From: Podarcis filfolensis
Lineage: Eukaryota
Direction: 5' to 3' (one strand)
DNA length: 64,000 bases
NCBI GenBank assembly: GCA_964270895.1
Contig: OZ185435.1
The position numbers and the translations under genes were made by a program. This document shows, in pieces, positions 39,275-53,769 of this stretch. Every line of letters begins with the position of its first letter. Position 1 is the first letter of the stretch. The notes under the pieces were generated by a model. It was not told the origin of the DNA, did no database searches, and worked only from the letters and a program-made list of their open reading frames with translations.

Positions 39275-40762
39275 TTATTGCCACAAAATCTGTGTGGCAG
39301 TCAATCAAATTTATCCTGTGAACAATGTCTCTTAGGTCTTCTGTATGCATTCATTTCCTTTTTGTTAATATTAAACTGAAAGTAATTATGCACAATGGCA
39401 TTGTTCACCAGGATGCCTTTTGTTTGTCTGAAGATAAATATTTCCCTTGCACTTGCCTTGCTGACTCCTTGCCTGAGTACTTTTATAAAGAGTTATATAA
39501 CACGTGTACAATGCAGTTTACAAAGAAAGGTCAAGCATTAAATAAGGGCATTTGTCCATGTATGTTATTTAAATTCACATCTACTCTTAAGAAAATGTAT
39601 CCCCAAACACTTTAAAATGATTATATATTGCATGCACTTCCTAACTAAGCAGTTACTTTATGCATTTATATATATTATGCAGGCTAATGAAGAATGAGAA
39701 AATGTCCTAGGTTGGGGGGAAAAATAAAGTAAGCCTTCTGCCTCTGGGACAATTTACCCATTCATATTTATCTGAGATGTCCTCTCAAATTATCATAATA
39801 ATCACTTATTCAAAGTACATTTCCCAATCTTAAGCAAGATTTGTGTGTGAACAGCATGATTCTCACTAAGTCTACCTAGTAAACAAGAGTAACTACTACT
39901 AATCATTCCTGGTGAACTGGTTGCTCTGTGTGGTTGGTGCTAAGTAATTTGCACCTGCTTTGCAGAATCTCCAAATGAATTTGTATTTGGTTAGGTGTCA
40001 CTCCTGCTCATTGACACACACCACATGCTGCTCTTATGAACTTAATTTGGAGTTGTGTATTTGCACCAGAGGGACACGAGTGTATATATGTGTCTGATTT
40101 GTAACAGTGTTCCTTATTATTTCTTATCCTTTGAGATCATCCATCTTATTTTAGTGGGAGAGGGATGTTGGGGGGTGGTTCCTAGAGAAAACCATGGTCT
40201 CTCTCACCACTCCAAATCCTGAACCCCTCCAACCATATATTCATTTAAAGGGCCTTGTACATTTCATGATTCAATATAACTGAATATTTAATCTCAACAT
40301 TAATTACGTTGTGAGCGCTAATAATTTCTCCATCTATTAATTAACGTATTCACATTCAAAGTATTCACACCTGTTTGTGTTTGTTTAGACTGTCCAGTTG
40401 CATGTTTATGGAAAGTGAGAATGAAACTGTTTGTATATAATATGCATGAGTTCCTTATGAAAATGGATGTGGAGACAGAGCGGCAAGCAAGCCTTGGATC
40501 TTCCACTGCATGGATACTTTGAAAAGGGACTTCACGAGACAATTTAAATGTAATACCTGCTGCTTTTGCACTTTAATTCCCACCTTTGCTCCACCAGCCC
40601 AGCGACAGCTGTAACCAGTGATTCCTATATCCCTCAGATAGATAGTATAGGACCACAAAATCCACTTTTCAAAATTCTCTGCTAGGGTACACATATAAAA
40701 CAGGGATATTTTTAACCACATGAGCAAATGTCTGTTTCAAAATTCTAACTGAACCTCTAGAG

Positions 40763-41142
40763 CAGGGATGGCCAGCTGAGGCCCACGAGCAAGATGTGGC
40801 CCAGGAAATAATTTTATCTGCCTTACTCCCTGCTACATTTTAATCAGTAATAACATTTTATATAAAAAGGAAACTATTTTTTTAAAAGGTTGTGTGAGAA
40901 GCCTTTCACGTTGTTAGCTGTGCAAATCTATGATTCTATCTCCAGGTTTTGAATGCAACAGCCCAAATCATGATCCAGCACACATGCACCATAACTATGA
41001 AACCGCTTTTCCTAGGTCATGCTGAATACAACTTCTGACTAGTTGCGAGAAGGTCCAGTTGGACAGCAAAATATACTCCCCTTCCAGGAACGGAATCTAG
41101 AGAACTGAGTGGCCGCTCATAATGCAGAAGTTGGCCATCCCA
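40763..41142. mobile_element. Old hAT MITE
   Basis: Ends CAGGGATGGCCA / TTGGCCATCCC; TSD-like CTCTAGAG / TTCTAAAG (6/8). Confidence 0.55.
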
Positions 41143-44100
41143 TTCTAAAGAAGGGATATTATTATTATTGGATATCACTGATCATATGAAGCCAGGCATT
41201 TTTCATATTTTAAAACTCTTTGTCTGAACATTTACAATAGAACCAAATGGAAAATAGTAGACCTGATAAAATAATCTGAAAAATATAACCTATCCCACCC
41301 CCAGCTGATGTGTGAACATTGATATACAAATAAAATAATATTTTGGCATAGTTTGTTATTTATGTTGATGGTTCATTTGCCATTTATTGGTGAATCCCAT
41401 TTCCTAACTTGAAAAAAAAATCCTTATTGCTCAGAAACATTTTATTCGCTGCAACGTCTTCCTAAGCAAATAACTTCAGCCTTCCAATCAGAGAGATTGG
41501 CATGTGTGGCCAATCACACAAATAACAAACTGAGTAAACAGTTTATAAACAATCAATGGACTTAAATTCTGACACTGTTGTCGAATACTTATGAATCATG
41601 AATACATTCAAAGAGGTTAAGATGGGTTGTTAGACTAGCCATTAACAATGAAGGGGCTGAATCAAGAGGCAACATTAACAACAAAGAGTTCAAGCATCTC
41701 TAATAACTAGGATTTACAGCCTTTATTTAATATTATTATGGGGCACAGAGAACCTTAAGCTGATTTTCATTCAATGCAGAGCAACTGTGGCAACTTGGGA
41801 TAATGGTTGACATCACTGTGTTATATGCATCAGGCTCTGCTTGAAAGGTCATTTTCTTGCTGTCTGCAAGTTGGCCTGATAAAATTCAGGACTTGGAAGT
41901 TGTTAAGATGATGGCACCAGTGCTATGTTGGTGGTGTGGAAGAAGTGCATTTGGTAATATGGAGACAATGGAAATTTGGTGTGCCTAGAAACTGTGCTGC
42001 TCAGCAGCAGGACTGAATGATCAAATGGCTTACGCTTCTGCACCATGTGACTAGAAATATTAAAATCAAGTTAACTTCTCTCTTGAATTAGGTGCCTTGA
42101 TCTTGCATTGTTGCCTAGTTCTTCACCAGGAGCATACAACAACTGCACTGCAAGGATCAACATGTAAACAAAATCAATATTATGTATTTATCTTCTAAAT
42201 ACTTTTCATCTACAGATTTGGTTTCATTATGGGGGCACAAATCACTAGCTTGTGGTTACACTCAATGAGATGTAGAAATAATAATAATGAAAAGAAAATG
42301 AAGCAATTATTTATGCCCAGTGCAGATGCAACACTGTTGATCTTTTACTCATGGTTAAGAGACTGGGAATAAGCTGCACATTAGATCACGCAGGAGTTAT
42401 TTACTGAGCTAACCGTAATGCTAACACTAACCATGATTAACGCTCAACAGCTTTACCAGGGTTTGCCAGCTTATTGAAGCCTTGCTTCAAATCCTGATTA
42501 ATGCTTAGTGAAGTCAAGCTTTTAACCATGCTTAGTACCACTACAGATTATTTATTTATTATTCTCAAAAATATTTGTCTTTCTATAGGAAACCAGCACA
42601 TAAGCTGACACTACATAAAAACATGTTAATACAATTGCAGACAAAATGTGAGACTCTGAAATGAATTTAAAATAGGAACAAATAAACCAAAGCAGATGTA
42701 ATGATAAATATAATTAAAGTTCAAAGGAGAAAGAGAGGAGAAAGAATGCCTGAGACAAAAGGAGACAGAGGAAAGAGAGGGTTAGATTCAGACCTGCTGT
42801 TCAACAAATCGAAGGCCTCCTTCTATTCACAAAAGCAAGTCAATTCCTGCAGAGGCTCCCGTAGGTGAGAGGATAACTTTTGATAGTTCCCCTCTCCCCC
42901 TCCATACCCATATCCATGCTGTTCCGGAGGATCCCCCCCAATCCTCTGGAGCAGATTTTGGAGAGCACAGAAGGCTCCAGGAGGAAAGGAAATATTGAAA
43001 ATCATGTTCCAGCTTCCACTTGTGGGAACATCCAGTTTGCATGGCTGCCCCCTCCCCACCAGGGAAGGAGGGGTGAATGAAAATCTACATCGGGAACAGG
43101 ACGGGGGAGGAATAAATATCTGCATTGGGATCTGCTGTCCATGTGGATCCTGCCGCCTGAGTCAGATGCCTCACCTTGCCTCATGGGTGGGCTGACCCTG
43201 CCAGTTTGTGCAATTCTGCTCTGCGCAAACCTGTATCCAACCCATGGTATCTGTGCATGACCAACTCCCACTCTCTTAACCATGGTTAAGAAATCAGCAC
43301 CATCATGTCTGCACTCTGCTTCAGACCCCAACACCCTTACATACTACATCTACCTAACCGAACAATGTATTTTTAAACCGCTGCTAACTCAATCGTTTTC
43401 TTTCTAGACATACAGTGAGTTATAGGGTATGTGGATGCATGGCTTCCTATACTATGGTTTAATCAATATTACCTGGTTGCATTTTGTTCTGGCATGCCTA
43501 CCAGAGTTCTCAACTATAAAGATGTATTTGAAAACAGACAGAGAAAGGGAAAGCAAGAGGACTGTGCCAAGAGCCTGGTAATTTTTGGACCGGGTGCTCT
43601 TTTAGATTTTCATTCCATAGTGTTGTTGTTTTTGAATTAAAAACAAAAAACCCCAGACAATGTGTTTGGGTTCTTTTCAGCATCTCCCCTATAACATTAT
43701 TTTATTTGTCAACTGGCTGAATTTTTAAAGTGTTGTGTGCAAAGAGGCAGTGTTAGACTTCTCACAGTCCCTCTCCTCAATGTGATCAGATGCCTCCTTC
43801 GTTTCTGTGATTTAGTACATCTGTGTCATACACCTGGGCGTATTGTTCTGACACCTCCATGTGCATGATACACCTCATAATTTTGTGTTCAATATTCGTA
43901 GTTTGCCTACTCCCTGCCCTGAAGAATAAGCTGCCTTGGACAGGATGTTTGTCAAATGTTGCCAGAAGTCAGGACTACACCAGCTCCATAGATGCTTGGG
44001 TAGGATCATGGTGCTGGCGTACTGCTGGCTCCTTGAACATGGTTATCATGCTTCTAGTTTCTCAGTGAATGTAGGATACCATTTACAAGTTATTCGTGAT

Positions 44101-44264
44101 ATAAAAGCTACAGAAGAAACACCAAGGACAACTTAGTTCTAGGAAGTATATGGAAAGAGCACAGGCTACAGTACTTATAATAATCAGAGGTTTCAGCTAC
44201 AAGAAACATATTTAAATTGATTCACTGAAAATAGTTATCTCTTTATGGCCATGTTGAGTCTTAC

Positions 44265-44352
44265 CTGCCACTTGTATTGGCAGCTGATCCCTCCCCTGGG
44301 AAGTGCTGCTCTCAAAGAGTCCTTCCTTTTGAGATCCCACCAGATTTTTCAT
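44265..44352 (-). other. Candidate alternative first coding exon (MKNLVGSQKEGLFESSTSQGRDQLPIQVA), phase 1
   Basis: gagATG start, 29 codons + G, donor CAG|gtaaga. In frame with exon 32543-32673. Confidence 0.25.
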
Positions 44353-45789
44353 CTCCACTACTGGATTGCTTTCTTTTCCTTATATATTCTTTCCTTTCCC
44401 CCCATATGAACAGCTGGATTGCAGGAGTAGGTATGATCTTCTTTGTTGCCAGATAACTGGAAAGTTCTTTGGGTACAATTAAATACAGCTAGCAATGCAG
44501 CAGCCATAGTAGCACGCTTGAGAAAGTTCTTGGAGCCGTGAATTGTTCCTCTGCACTTAGGCCCATGTTTGCAGCATGCCCCTTCTTCTTACTGTTCAAG
44601 CTGCTTTAGATAGGATGAAAGTTTCTGAATACCTAAGACAGATACAGATAGAAACTGTGCCATGCACAATAGGTTACATCAAACTGGGTGCAACATCCAT
44701 TGCACCTTCATACTGTGGCTTCAACCACATTATTAACTTCAGAAATGAACCATAACCACTATTTTTCACGTGTGTTGTTCTTCCTCCCAATATACCCACC
44801 CAATGTACTAATGAAAGGACGATACATCACATGCTATGAGATCTATATAAAAGTAGAACTTGTGAAGCGTTCTAGCACATGTTCAGTTTCCCCACCAAAA
44901 GACACACAACTGACAACCTGAATCTTTAGGGGTTGCCGATCCCATGGCCTGGGAGCCACTCACAAAATGAAAAAGCTTCGTATAAATTCTACCATACAGC
45001 AGTGCAAAAATGCATATTCTGAAAGGTGTTGTGTGAATCTGCATTCAAGTTCTAGACCACATGTCTCATGTCAGTGTAAGATTGCAAAATTCCAAGCGAA
45101 GTACAATTCAAGTGTGCTTTCTCCTTATTCAGAGCAATTAAAAAGAAAACTATTCCATGTTATCTAATATGTGTTTGAAAGAAGCTAAAACTTACAAAAG
45201 GTACCTGCCTAAATATTAGAGCATAAATGTACATTAAAAAGTCATTTGTAAATTCTGTGCATATTTAGCTATTGATGGCTTTTGAAAGCACTCTTTTTGG
45301 CAGACATTGCAGATGCAAAGCAATAAACACAAGCATGTACACTGCAGAAGAAGTACCGTTAAGTTGTCTCTCAACAGCTTTAGGAGGGAAAGGGAGAAAG
45401 GCATGGCAGGGGGGAAAGAAGAGGGCATATGGCGTGTGATAAAGGAATAATGTGGCGTGTTTCGACCAAAGTTAAGAATTTCAAGTCCAACTAATTTCAA
45501 CTAGGAAACATATGCATGCTTCCTTAGAAGCAAATCCCACTAAGTTTACTTGAGCTGTGCACAGGACCACAATTTTAAACATGTACTCAGTTCACCCACT
45601 AAAATCAATAGGACTTAAAACTACTTTGCTGTGGCTGCTGGTATCCATGACATTCTTTGGACATTTTAAATTTATGATAATTTAATATTGTTGATTTTGT
45701 GGGTATTGCTAATTCTCATTAAGGCAAAGGAAACTTAAGAAATCTCTCACTCAACTGAAACATTTTCATGTTAATAATTTCAATAAATA

Positions 45790-46070
45790 ATAATAATAAT
45801 AATAATATTTTTTATTTATATCCCGCCCTCCCTAGCTGAAGCCGGGCTCAGGGCAGCTAACAACAATAAAATAATGTCAAGTCCCTCAGGGCCCTAGTCT
45901 CTTGTGGCAGAGTGTTCCACCAGATCGGAGCCACAGCCAAAAAAGCCCTGGCTCTGGTTGAGGCCAGCCTAACCTCTCTGTGGCCTGGGACCTCCAAGAC
46001 GTTTTTGTTTGAAAGATCATAAGTTCCTCTGTGGGACATACCAGGAGAAGCGGTCCCGTAGGTACAAGGG
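45790..46070 (-). mobile_element. L2 LINE 3' end with (AAT)n tail
   Basis: Peptide RARAFLAVAPIWWNTLPQETRAL is typical of the L2 ORF2 C-terminus, followed by a 3'UTR and tail. Confidence 0.75.
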
Positions 46071-47547
46071 ATCATCAGAATACGGCTTCAAGATTAGCCA
46101 AAATACCCCAACATCAGTAATGGTACTTTGGAGTGATTATGGCCAGGAGCCAAATACATCTGTGCTGATGTGATTGAAGTGCTTCTGTAAACACGTGAGA
46201 TACTGCTGAGTTTTGCTTTCAGCTGCGGTCCTTTGCACTATGCTAGATACTCCACTGGACAATCATCTAATCCTCCTAAGAGGCTTCTCAGGGAGACACC
46301 GAAGGCTGCTGTGAAATGTGGAAACCGGCAATCTTGGTGTACACAGGGAAACAAGGCAGAAATTTTGAATTTCAGCCCAATATAGTCACCCAATGTACTT
46401 AAGAGCAAGATATAAAAGTGACAGCTTCAAATGGAAACTCACTTCACTTGAAAGCGCTCCCCACCTTGTTGTGGGGGCTGTCCAACATAGATCTATTCCA
46501 TGTCTATATATACTTTAATTTAAAGTCTACATTGACAGGTAAATTGAGATAGTTTCTCAATGCATTGTGTATGTGTATTAGACATGGCATCTCTTAAACA
46601 GCTGACTAGCATTAAGATGTAATTTTAAAATTAAGAAAAAGGATGTTATAGCCTGATCTATAACTCAGTAAACCTTGAATATTTGCATATCAACCAGTAT
46701 GGTTTCATTGACTAATTCAAAGATTGAAAAAGCACAAATTCAAGTATTTAAGCTTAGATTGGTTCCAGAAAAGGATAGTCCTGAATGGGAAAAGCAAGGG
46801 GGGAAATGTTAGTGCTGTTTGAAATGTATGTAAGATGACCTTATTTGATTATAAAAAGAACAATTTTCCTCTTTTATTATTACATAAATTTTATTTGTTA
46901 ACAAAGTTTAATAAAGCAAACTTAAAATAGTTACGGGTCAGACAGTTAATTACATTTGCTCACAAGAAATAACCACTGATACCATATTCAGTTTGTGGCT
47001 AATTTATTTAACATTTGCAAGCTTTTTACAGATGCCAAAAATGAATGCAATCGAATTATTCTTATTTTATATGACATTTTAAGACACAAAACACAGATTC
47101 TCTCCATATGTGAAATGTATAACATAAAAATGTTATCTCAGGGGAGTCTGATATTTTGTACATAGAAATTCTGTAATTTACTACTAAAATGCTACTAAAG
47201 ATGAATTGATGGTATCAAGATAAAATAATCTAAATCTGGAATCAGACATAATGACTCAAATTCAGACACAAATCAAAGCATGATGTGATGCCTGAATTGA
47301 CAACACATAGCCTGTGATTATCCAGCAAATCATATAAGAAACCATGGTATGAACTGGTCTTGCAAGCCATGGTTTCTGCTATTATGGTTTGGCATGATAG
47401 GAGGTCTTTCCTAGGGTGTGCACGATGCAGGACAAAGTACATTGTTTAACTTCCATGACATTTTTATACATGTGAAATTCAACTAAACCAGGAGGTAGAG
47501 AAACCACAATTGGATGTCTTGAGAAAACATCTGGAAGACTCCTAAAA

Positions 47548-47760
47548 GCTAGTGTGATGTAGTGGTTAGTACCAGAGCAGAATCTGGAAGACTCAGGTTC
47601 AAATATCCACAGAGGAAAGAAGCTCACTGGGTGATATTTGGGCCAGTTAGTGCTTCTCAACCTAACCTATGTCACAGGGCTGCTGTGAAGGGAAGGGCAG
47701 GAATCATGTACTCTACCTTGGAGGAAAGGTGGGATACAAATGTAAAAAATAAATCAAATA
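47548..47760 (+). mobile_element. Squam3-like tRNA-derived SINE
   Basis: A-box TGTAGTGGTTAG, B-box GGTTCAAAT, core gctcactgggtga...ctcaacctaacctatgtcacagggctg, and A-rich tail. Confidence 0.7.
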
Positions 47761-50700
47761 AAGCTTTTAGACAGGTGCCTGAGTTTGAATCTAGAACTCT
47801 ATACAAAGCATTTCTAGGACATACACCTTAACCACTTACTCTATAAGATAGCTTTAGTAACAGCAAAATGTAGAATTGATATTCTCTTTTCACACCTTTA
47901 TTATTCATACATTATAAATATAACACGTGGCCTTATAAAACAGTTTCAACATACTAGATTTTAGTAAGAAATTCTGTCCCATTCCATCCCCACTCCAAGA
48001 AACAGAAAAGAGCAGAGAGTGCACTAGTAATAACTTTCACTATTAAAAGTAAAGGTCTTTAGTATAATGCCATTTATGTAGGATTACTCACAACGATATT
48101 TGGTTGTACGCAAGTAAATATTATTGAATTAGTTGGATTCAGGATTTGCGAGCCTCAAATGCAGTTTAAATAGGTGAATGTGGTTGCCTCACATTCTTGG
48201 AATTCAACATGGGATGAGACGCAAAGTAAGTAGGGTAAAAATAACAATACTCCCCCTACCCCGCATGGGAGAGGGAAAATAATAACTTTTCTGTCATTGT
48301 TTATTGGAAATAGTTTTCTCTTAATGCAGGCATGCCCCTACCCCATGCCTGCATTTCCTGGAGCCACAAAAGAGTGACTGAATGCATGGTTTCTGCCTAG
48401 CCACTGGCCTGTTATTTGTCCATGTACAGGACCTGTAGTCATGCGTGCTGTGTAAAGGTGTGGGCCCCTGAGAGCACTGGACCTAGGCAGTTACCTATAT
48501 TTGCCCCACATGGGAAGGAACTGACATGATGTAGCAGAGCAAACAAAAGCAAACAAGCAGCTCTAACTCATGCTTTGTCTTTACATTTGCAAGCTAAAAC
48601 CATGGTTTGGGTTCTAAACTACAATTAGTGCAAAGCATGCTTTGGTGTGAGGTCTGAATCAAGCCAAACTGTAAGATAAATGAAATTAAGACAGTGTATT
48701 GTAAAGTATGCAACCGTACAGCCCAACGTAAGAGGCTGACTATTTCAGATTATGCAAGAGGGCTTCTAAAATGTATAGTCTGTTTAAGAGAACTGGGAGG
48801 AGATGCTTGCATCTCTTGGCACACCTCAAATCAGACATTGTACAGGATAGAATCATTGTACAGGGTGGGGGAAATGGTATATGAAACTAATACCAAATAC
48901 TAATTTGAAAGCAACAGATTTACAAATCCTGTCACCTAACATCTTAACACCTATATACCTCTTATCTGGAAGAGGTGCAAATTAAAAAGGTATCTGGAAA
49001 ATATGATGTGTGCTTCAGTAATCAGATTTCACTCTAATGCATGAAAGATAATATTTATAGATTAATAAATTATACTATAATCAATGGGCAGAAACTAATA
49101 AGAGATGACTGGGTCATATTAGATACATATGCCGTGCTTCAAGAATAGTTTTTAGTAAAAACGTTTAAGACTTAGGGAACACAGAGCCACACAGGTTGAA
49201 TCACTTGATATTCATTTGAATCGTATCTAGGGATCCATTAATTCTTTGCTGGCCAAATTTTAGACTATCTGCCTTTTGGGAATATTTACTAATATTGCTG
49301 CTGAATTAATTCTACTGGGAAGCTTTATGAACATACTGACCCCCAATCTCATCCTTCCTTTCTGTAATGTGGTTTCTATCAAATGAAGAACCAAAGGAAA
49401 AGTCATTCTAAATTAGTCATTCCAAACAACCAGCTGCTAGGGATAAGATAACCTCATGATAACATTGTTATCTAATGCTAGATTATATCTTACTCCATCA
49501 CATGGAATGACAACTCAAATCCCCAGATGCAGATGAAAAGAAATATTATGTGTGAATGTATGCATAGATGCTCCATATGTTTGTAATCTTACAACACAAG
49601 AGATATTTTACATTGCAGAAGCAACAGTTATTTTAGAAACACAGTATTTATTTTTCAAAAAAAAAAGTTATTTCATTCTGAAAACATGGAAGGTTTTCAG
49701 AACTGAGAAAATAAGTGGAAACAAAATGTGCTAGATTTGAGCCAGCATTCGAAGAGATGGAATTTGGAGATGGGGAATCAATCTTCCAAACATTATAGTA
49801 AGTTATGGTGCAATTCTGCAAACACATGAGCCAGCTTGTAGAACTGAGCAAGGCAAATGAAAACAAACTACAAGATGCCTAGAGTAATTTATTTTACAGT
49901 TTTAATTAGGAGTCAACATGACATTGTTAACAACTGAAAAAACAAACAATGTGGAATGGGAAGAAAAGGCCTTGAAAAAATAAGGAAGGAAATCAGGAAG
50001 AAAGGAAAGAAAGAATGAGAGAAAGGAAGAGTATGCTGTCCACCTCTCTGGTACCTTAAATAAGGCATACTGAAGTTTAAGTCACAGTGGCAGCATTACA
50101 GCACCTGAAAGACAAAAAGATTAAAAGCTTTGAAAATGCGTTCTGTGTGCAACCTTTAAATTCTGAAAATCTTAAATAACAAACTGTCTAAAAATATATA
50201 ATAAAGTCTTACTCATCTTTCAGCCAACAATTTCCAGGGGTTTTGCTCAAAAATTTCACACCTAATGGCCGTAGTAATATGATTCTCTTGAATACTTACG
50301 ATTCCATCACTTTATTTTCTCTTGCAATGTTTTCCTCACTGGGATGGCAAAGTCACCCTCAATTACTTTTCTCTAGTGAAGAAAGACAATGAAGTGCTTT
50401 ACATGTGGGGATGCATGACTAGTTATAATTGTATGAGTATTCTGCTCATAATAGACAGCAAGAACAATGGCAACATGGAAGCTTTAAAAGCCCTCATGTA
50501 TTAAGGACTGCAAACATTTTCAGAAGCACTACTAATTTTCACCACCTGATTATGAAATCATGCTGAATGTTTCAGAAATATTCAGCACCTGGATTCATTA
50601 TCTCTGAGAACTCCCAGAAAGTACTGAACAGAACTTAAAAATTCACCCCTTGTATTTCTTTCCTCACTAACTCCTTTGTACCTCTTTAACAGATAACGTT

Positions 50701-51534
50701 CTTACTGATACATATTAGAAAACAAGTGAAGTCTGATTCCTTGCTATACTAATAAATATGGCTTAACCTCATTGGGATAAATGAACAGTTATTTAATAAA
50801 TTTGCTAAGAGAAGACAGAAGATCACCCCATTTAAAAATGATTAAGTGTGCATTCAACACATCTCTACAAAACTTAAAACTGCATACCATGAAATAGTAA
50901 TATTAACTCAGATTTTCATTTGGTGTCAGCAATTAATACTTACACAAATATCCTTCAGAGGATCCATGTTAGATTGGTAACGTCAGGAATATCCATATCT
51001 TTGACGGTAAGGTTTCTTTCTGGTGACTTAAATAATTCTGTCCAAAGCATCTTTCCGAGATTATCATCATATTTGAAGGTGTGAACACTTTAGAGCTGGT
51101 ATCATGTCTGCTTTCACTATTTCTTTGTTGTGAAAGTCCTATGATCTATTCCACAGTGCTGAAATACCTGTAACCGCAGTGTGTAGCCTTTTCACATGAG
51201 GCCACTTTTCGGTCCCTATTACATTTGGAATTCAAGTATTGGATTTAATTTATGTCTTAATTGTTTCAAATGCCATCATTTCACACTTTTTTTCTGGAAA
51301 AAAATGATACTATACCATGTACTATAAATATTATTGCTTTTATTATCAATGCCACTGATACGTTTCTTTTAGAAGATACCACTATTAAACATTGTTTTGT
51401 TAGGTGAGTTGCATCTCGTATTAAATTGCACTATGACCCAACTTAATGTTTCTGCAGGCGATATTCTAATATTCTTCTAGAATTAAAATTTATACTCCCA
51501 AGAGAAAGATCAACAAAAATAGAGGAAGGCAAAA

Positions 51535-51660
51535 ATATTCCTGTTTCAGAATTATTATTTGGCTAGCACCAATCCAGCAGTAAAAATCCCCTAAACACAT
51601 ATCTGATTATTCTTGTCACAAATCAACATTTTGGAAGCACTTATAGATGGAGAATTGAAC
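51535..51660 (+). repeat. 126-bp direct duplicate, copy A
   Basis: Matches 63313-63441 with 2 substitutions and one 3-bp indel. Confidence 0.95.
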
Positions 51661-52693
51661 AATATCCAGTTTAGAAACTGTTCAGGGGGAAAAACCAACT
51701 AGCTAGGCTTAAAATCTCAAATAAGATCAAAGGAAACCTGACATTGCTTAATACACCAAATTCACTAGGATAAAATTTGGTACTGATGAATTAGAAAAGT
51801 GTTCCAAAATAGCTATGCAAAACCTGCTCCCCCTACAAATTCCATACCTATCTGGTCATGTAAACCATCATTGCCTCATGATTTATTTAAAAAATAATAA
51901 TCTATAGATAGGCTGGTTTATTTTGTTGCTGTTTCATTTTTGAAAAAAATGAATTAATAGGCTGGAATTCTTTAATTTAAAAATTCTAGCCATATTGTGC
52001 TTGTACAGGTGAAATAATCATATAGCTTGTTGTTTGGGTATGTTTTTGTTTGATTCAGTGGGGATGTGTTGGGCATTGCATTATCACATGCCCTGATAAA
52101 TCTTGTTTTCACCAAGACATGTTAATGGAATTCATTGTTCATTTCAGTGGAGGTGCCCTATCCCCATATGTCCTATCATTGGCACACTTAGTTTGGGTCT
52201 ATCCGCTAAAATAAAGAAATCCTTTAAAAGGTTGGGAGACACCATACACATACATATACATGTATATGTGATCTCTGGATCGGTGCAAGGATGCATAGAC
52301 ATTATACAGAGGAAATATATTGCTATATAATATATTGTTCTAAAACTCTATGAGATACAAAAGGTGTGCAAAAGTTTTGTCTGAATTATGCAAAAATCTC
52401 TCTGTGTTATTTGTTTTGCTAATTTTAAGATTTTTTCCCATGGAGTTCATGGTCTAGACTAGCCACCTTGCTAAGCAGTGGATACTCCAAAAAAATTTCT
52501 GCAATTTAGATTAATTCATTTATTAATACATTCAACTGTGTATTTTTTTGCGTCAAATTTGTATTAATTTTTCAAAATATTGTAAACCAAAAGAAATAAG
52601 ACCAGTTTCCAAGTTGAAATAATGTGTATTTTCAAGTTGAATGGCTTAGTTCTGAGTTTGAGAAGGATGATGAAAGGGAAAATAGCAATGTAA

Positions 52694-52775
52694 CAGTGCA
52701 ATCCTGTAAAAGTCTACTCAGAAGTAAGCTCCATTGAGTTAAATGGGGCTTACTGGCAGGTGAGTCTACAACTGG
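52694..52775 (+). repeat. Short ~90-bp palindromic interspersed repeat
   Basis: cagtgcaatcct...ctcagaagtaag..ccattgagtt.aatggggcttact; an inverted copy lies at 59082-59173. Confidence 0.7.
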
Positions 52776-53371
52776 AAGCTAAAAGGATGTATTACAGATT
52801 GAGAAGTTAGGTTTTTTTAGCAACACTATGCAACATTCAGAAGTAAAGTTAAAAGTAGTGAAAAACATAATATTTGATTTTAATCTTACAAGGAATTCTA
52901 TCTCTTAACTGTATAGCTAAACCACGGCCCTGATCCAGTGGCTCCATTGTAAATAAGGGGCTCTGATTTAGAGTAAGAAGGGACTCCCTTATTGTCTTCA
53001 ATTTCACGGGAAACACCAAATATATCCATATGGACCTATGCCTGCTATTGGGACAGCCCCTGCCTATATAGAATGCCATGCAAAGTACAATGCAACTTTG
53101 CATAAAGACAATTCTACACATGTGAGGTCTGCTTTACAAGAAACATATATGCTTTAAAGTATGTGTATATGTGGCAGAGACAAATTCTTGACTTTCTGGC
53201 ACAAGTAATGACTTTTGTGTCAACGTATACATCGTTCAAAGTGGATGTCAGTTTTAGAGTATGGACTGCATATATACACTAAATGTTCTAACATGTGAAG
53301 TGGACCTGGATGTGCACGGTTTCAAAAGCCATATTCAGGGCATTTACCCTCCCCCTCAGTGAAACAAAAGC

Positions 53372-53376
<5 letters not shown>

Positions 53377-53414
<38 letters not shown>
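53377..53414. repeat. (AC)n microsatellite
   Basis: Direct reading of the sequence. Confidence 0.97.
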
Positions 53415-53418
<4 letters not shown>

Positions 53419-53769
53419 AACATTATACTTATTGGAGAACCCATCTAGACTACAAAGTGTTCCAAGTCACTGGGGCTCACAACTAGTTAAGAGGTTTTAT
53501 TCTATATGGGTTTCTGTAGAAGGGTTTGAGTGGCAGTGCTGTAGGTGTACTTGGAGCTCTTGTTAATATGATCAACAAAAGGAAGAGAAACGAGAGAGCT
53601 GGGAAAAGTGTAAAACAAAAAACAAAATTAAGTAAATTTAACTCCAGCCACTTTGCTTCACCACTGTAACACAGCATCAAAGTTAATGCTTCACACAACT
53701 CTGTAATCTACACATGACTTATCCTCAATTTCTTCTACCCCTATGGATTAGCAGTGTGCTAGGCAATCA

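Noticed and set aside
50944-51167. 224-nt pseudo-exon (ttacag|GT ATT...TGT|gtaagt) with an early stop
   Set aside because: The acceptor has no pyrimidine tract and no frame is compatible as a cassette or first exon.
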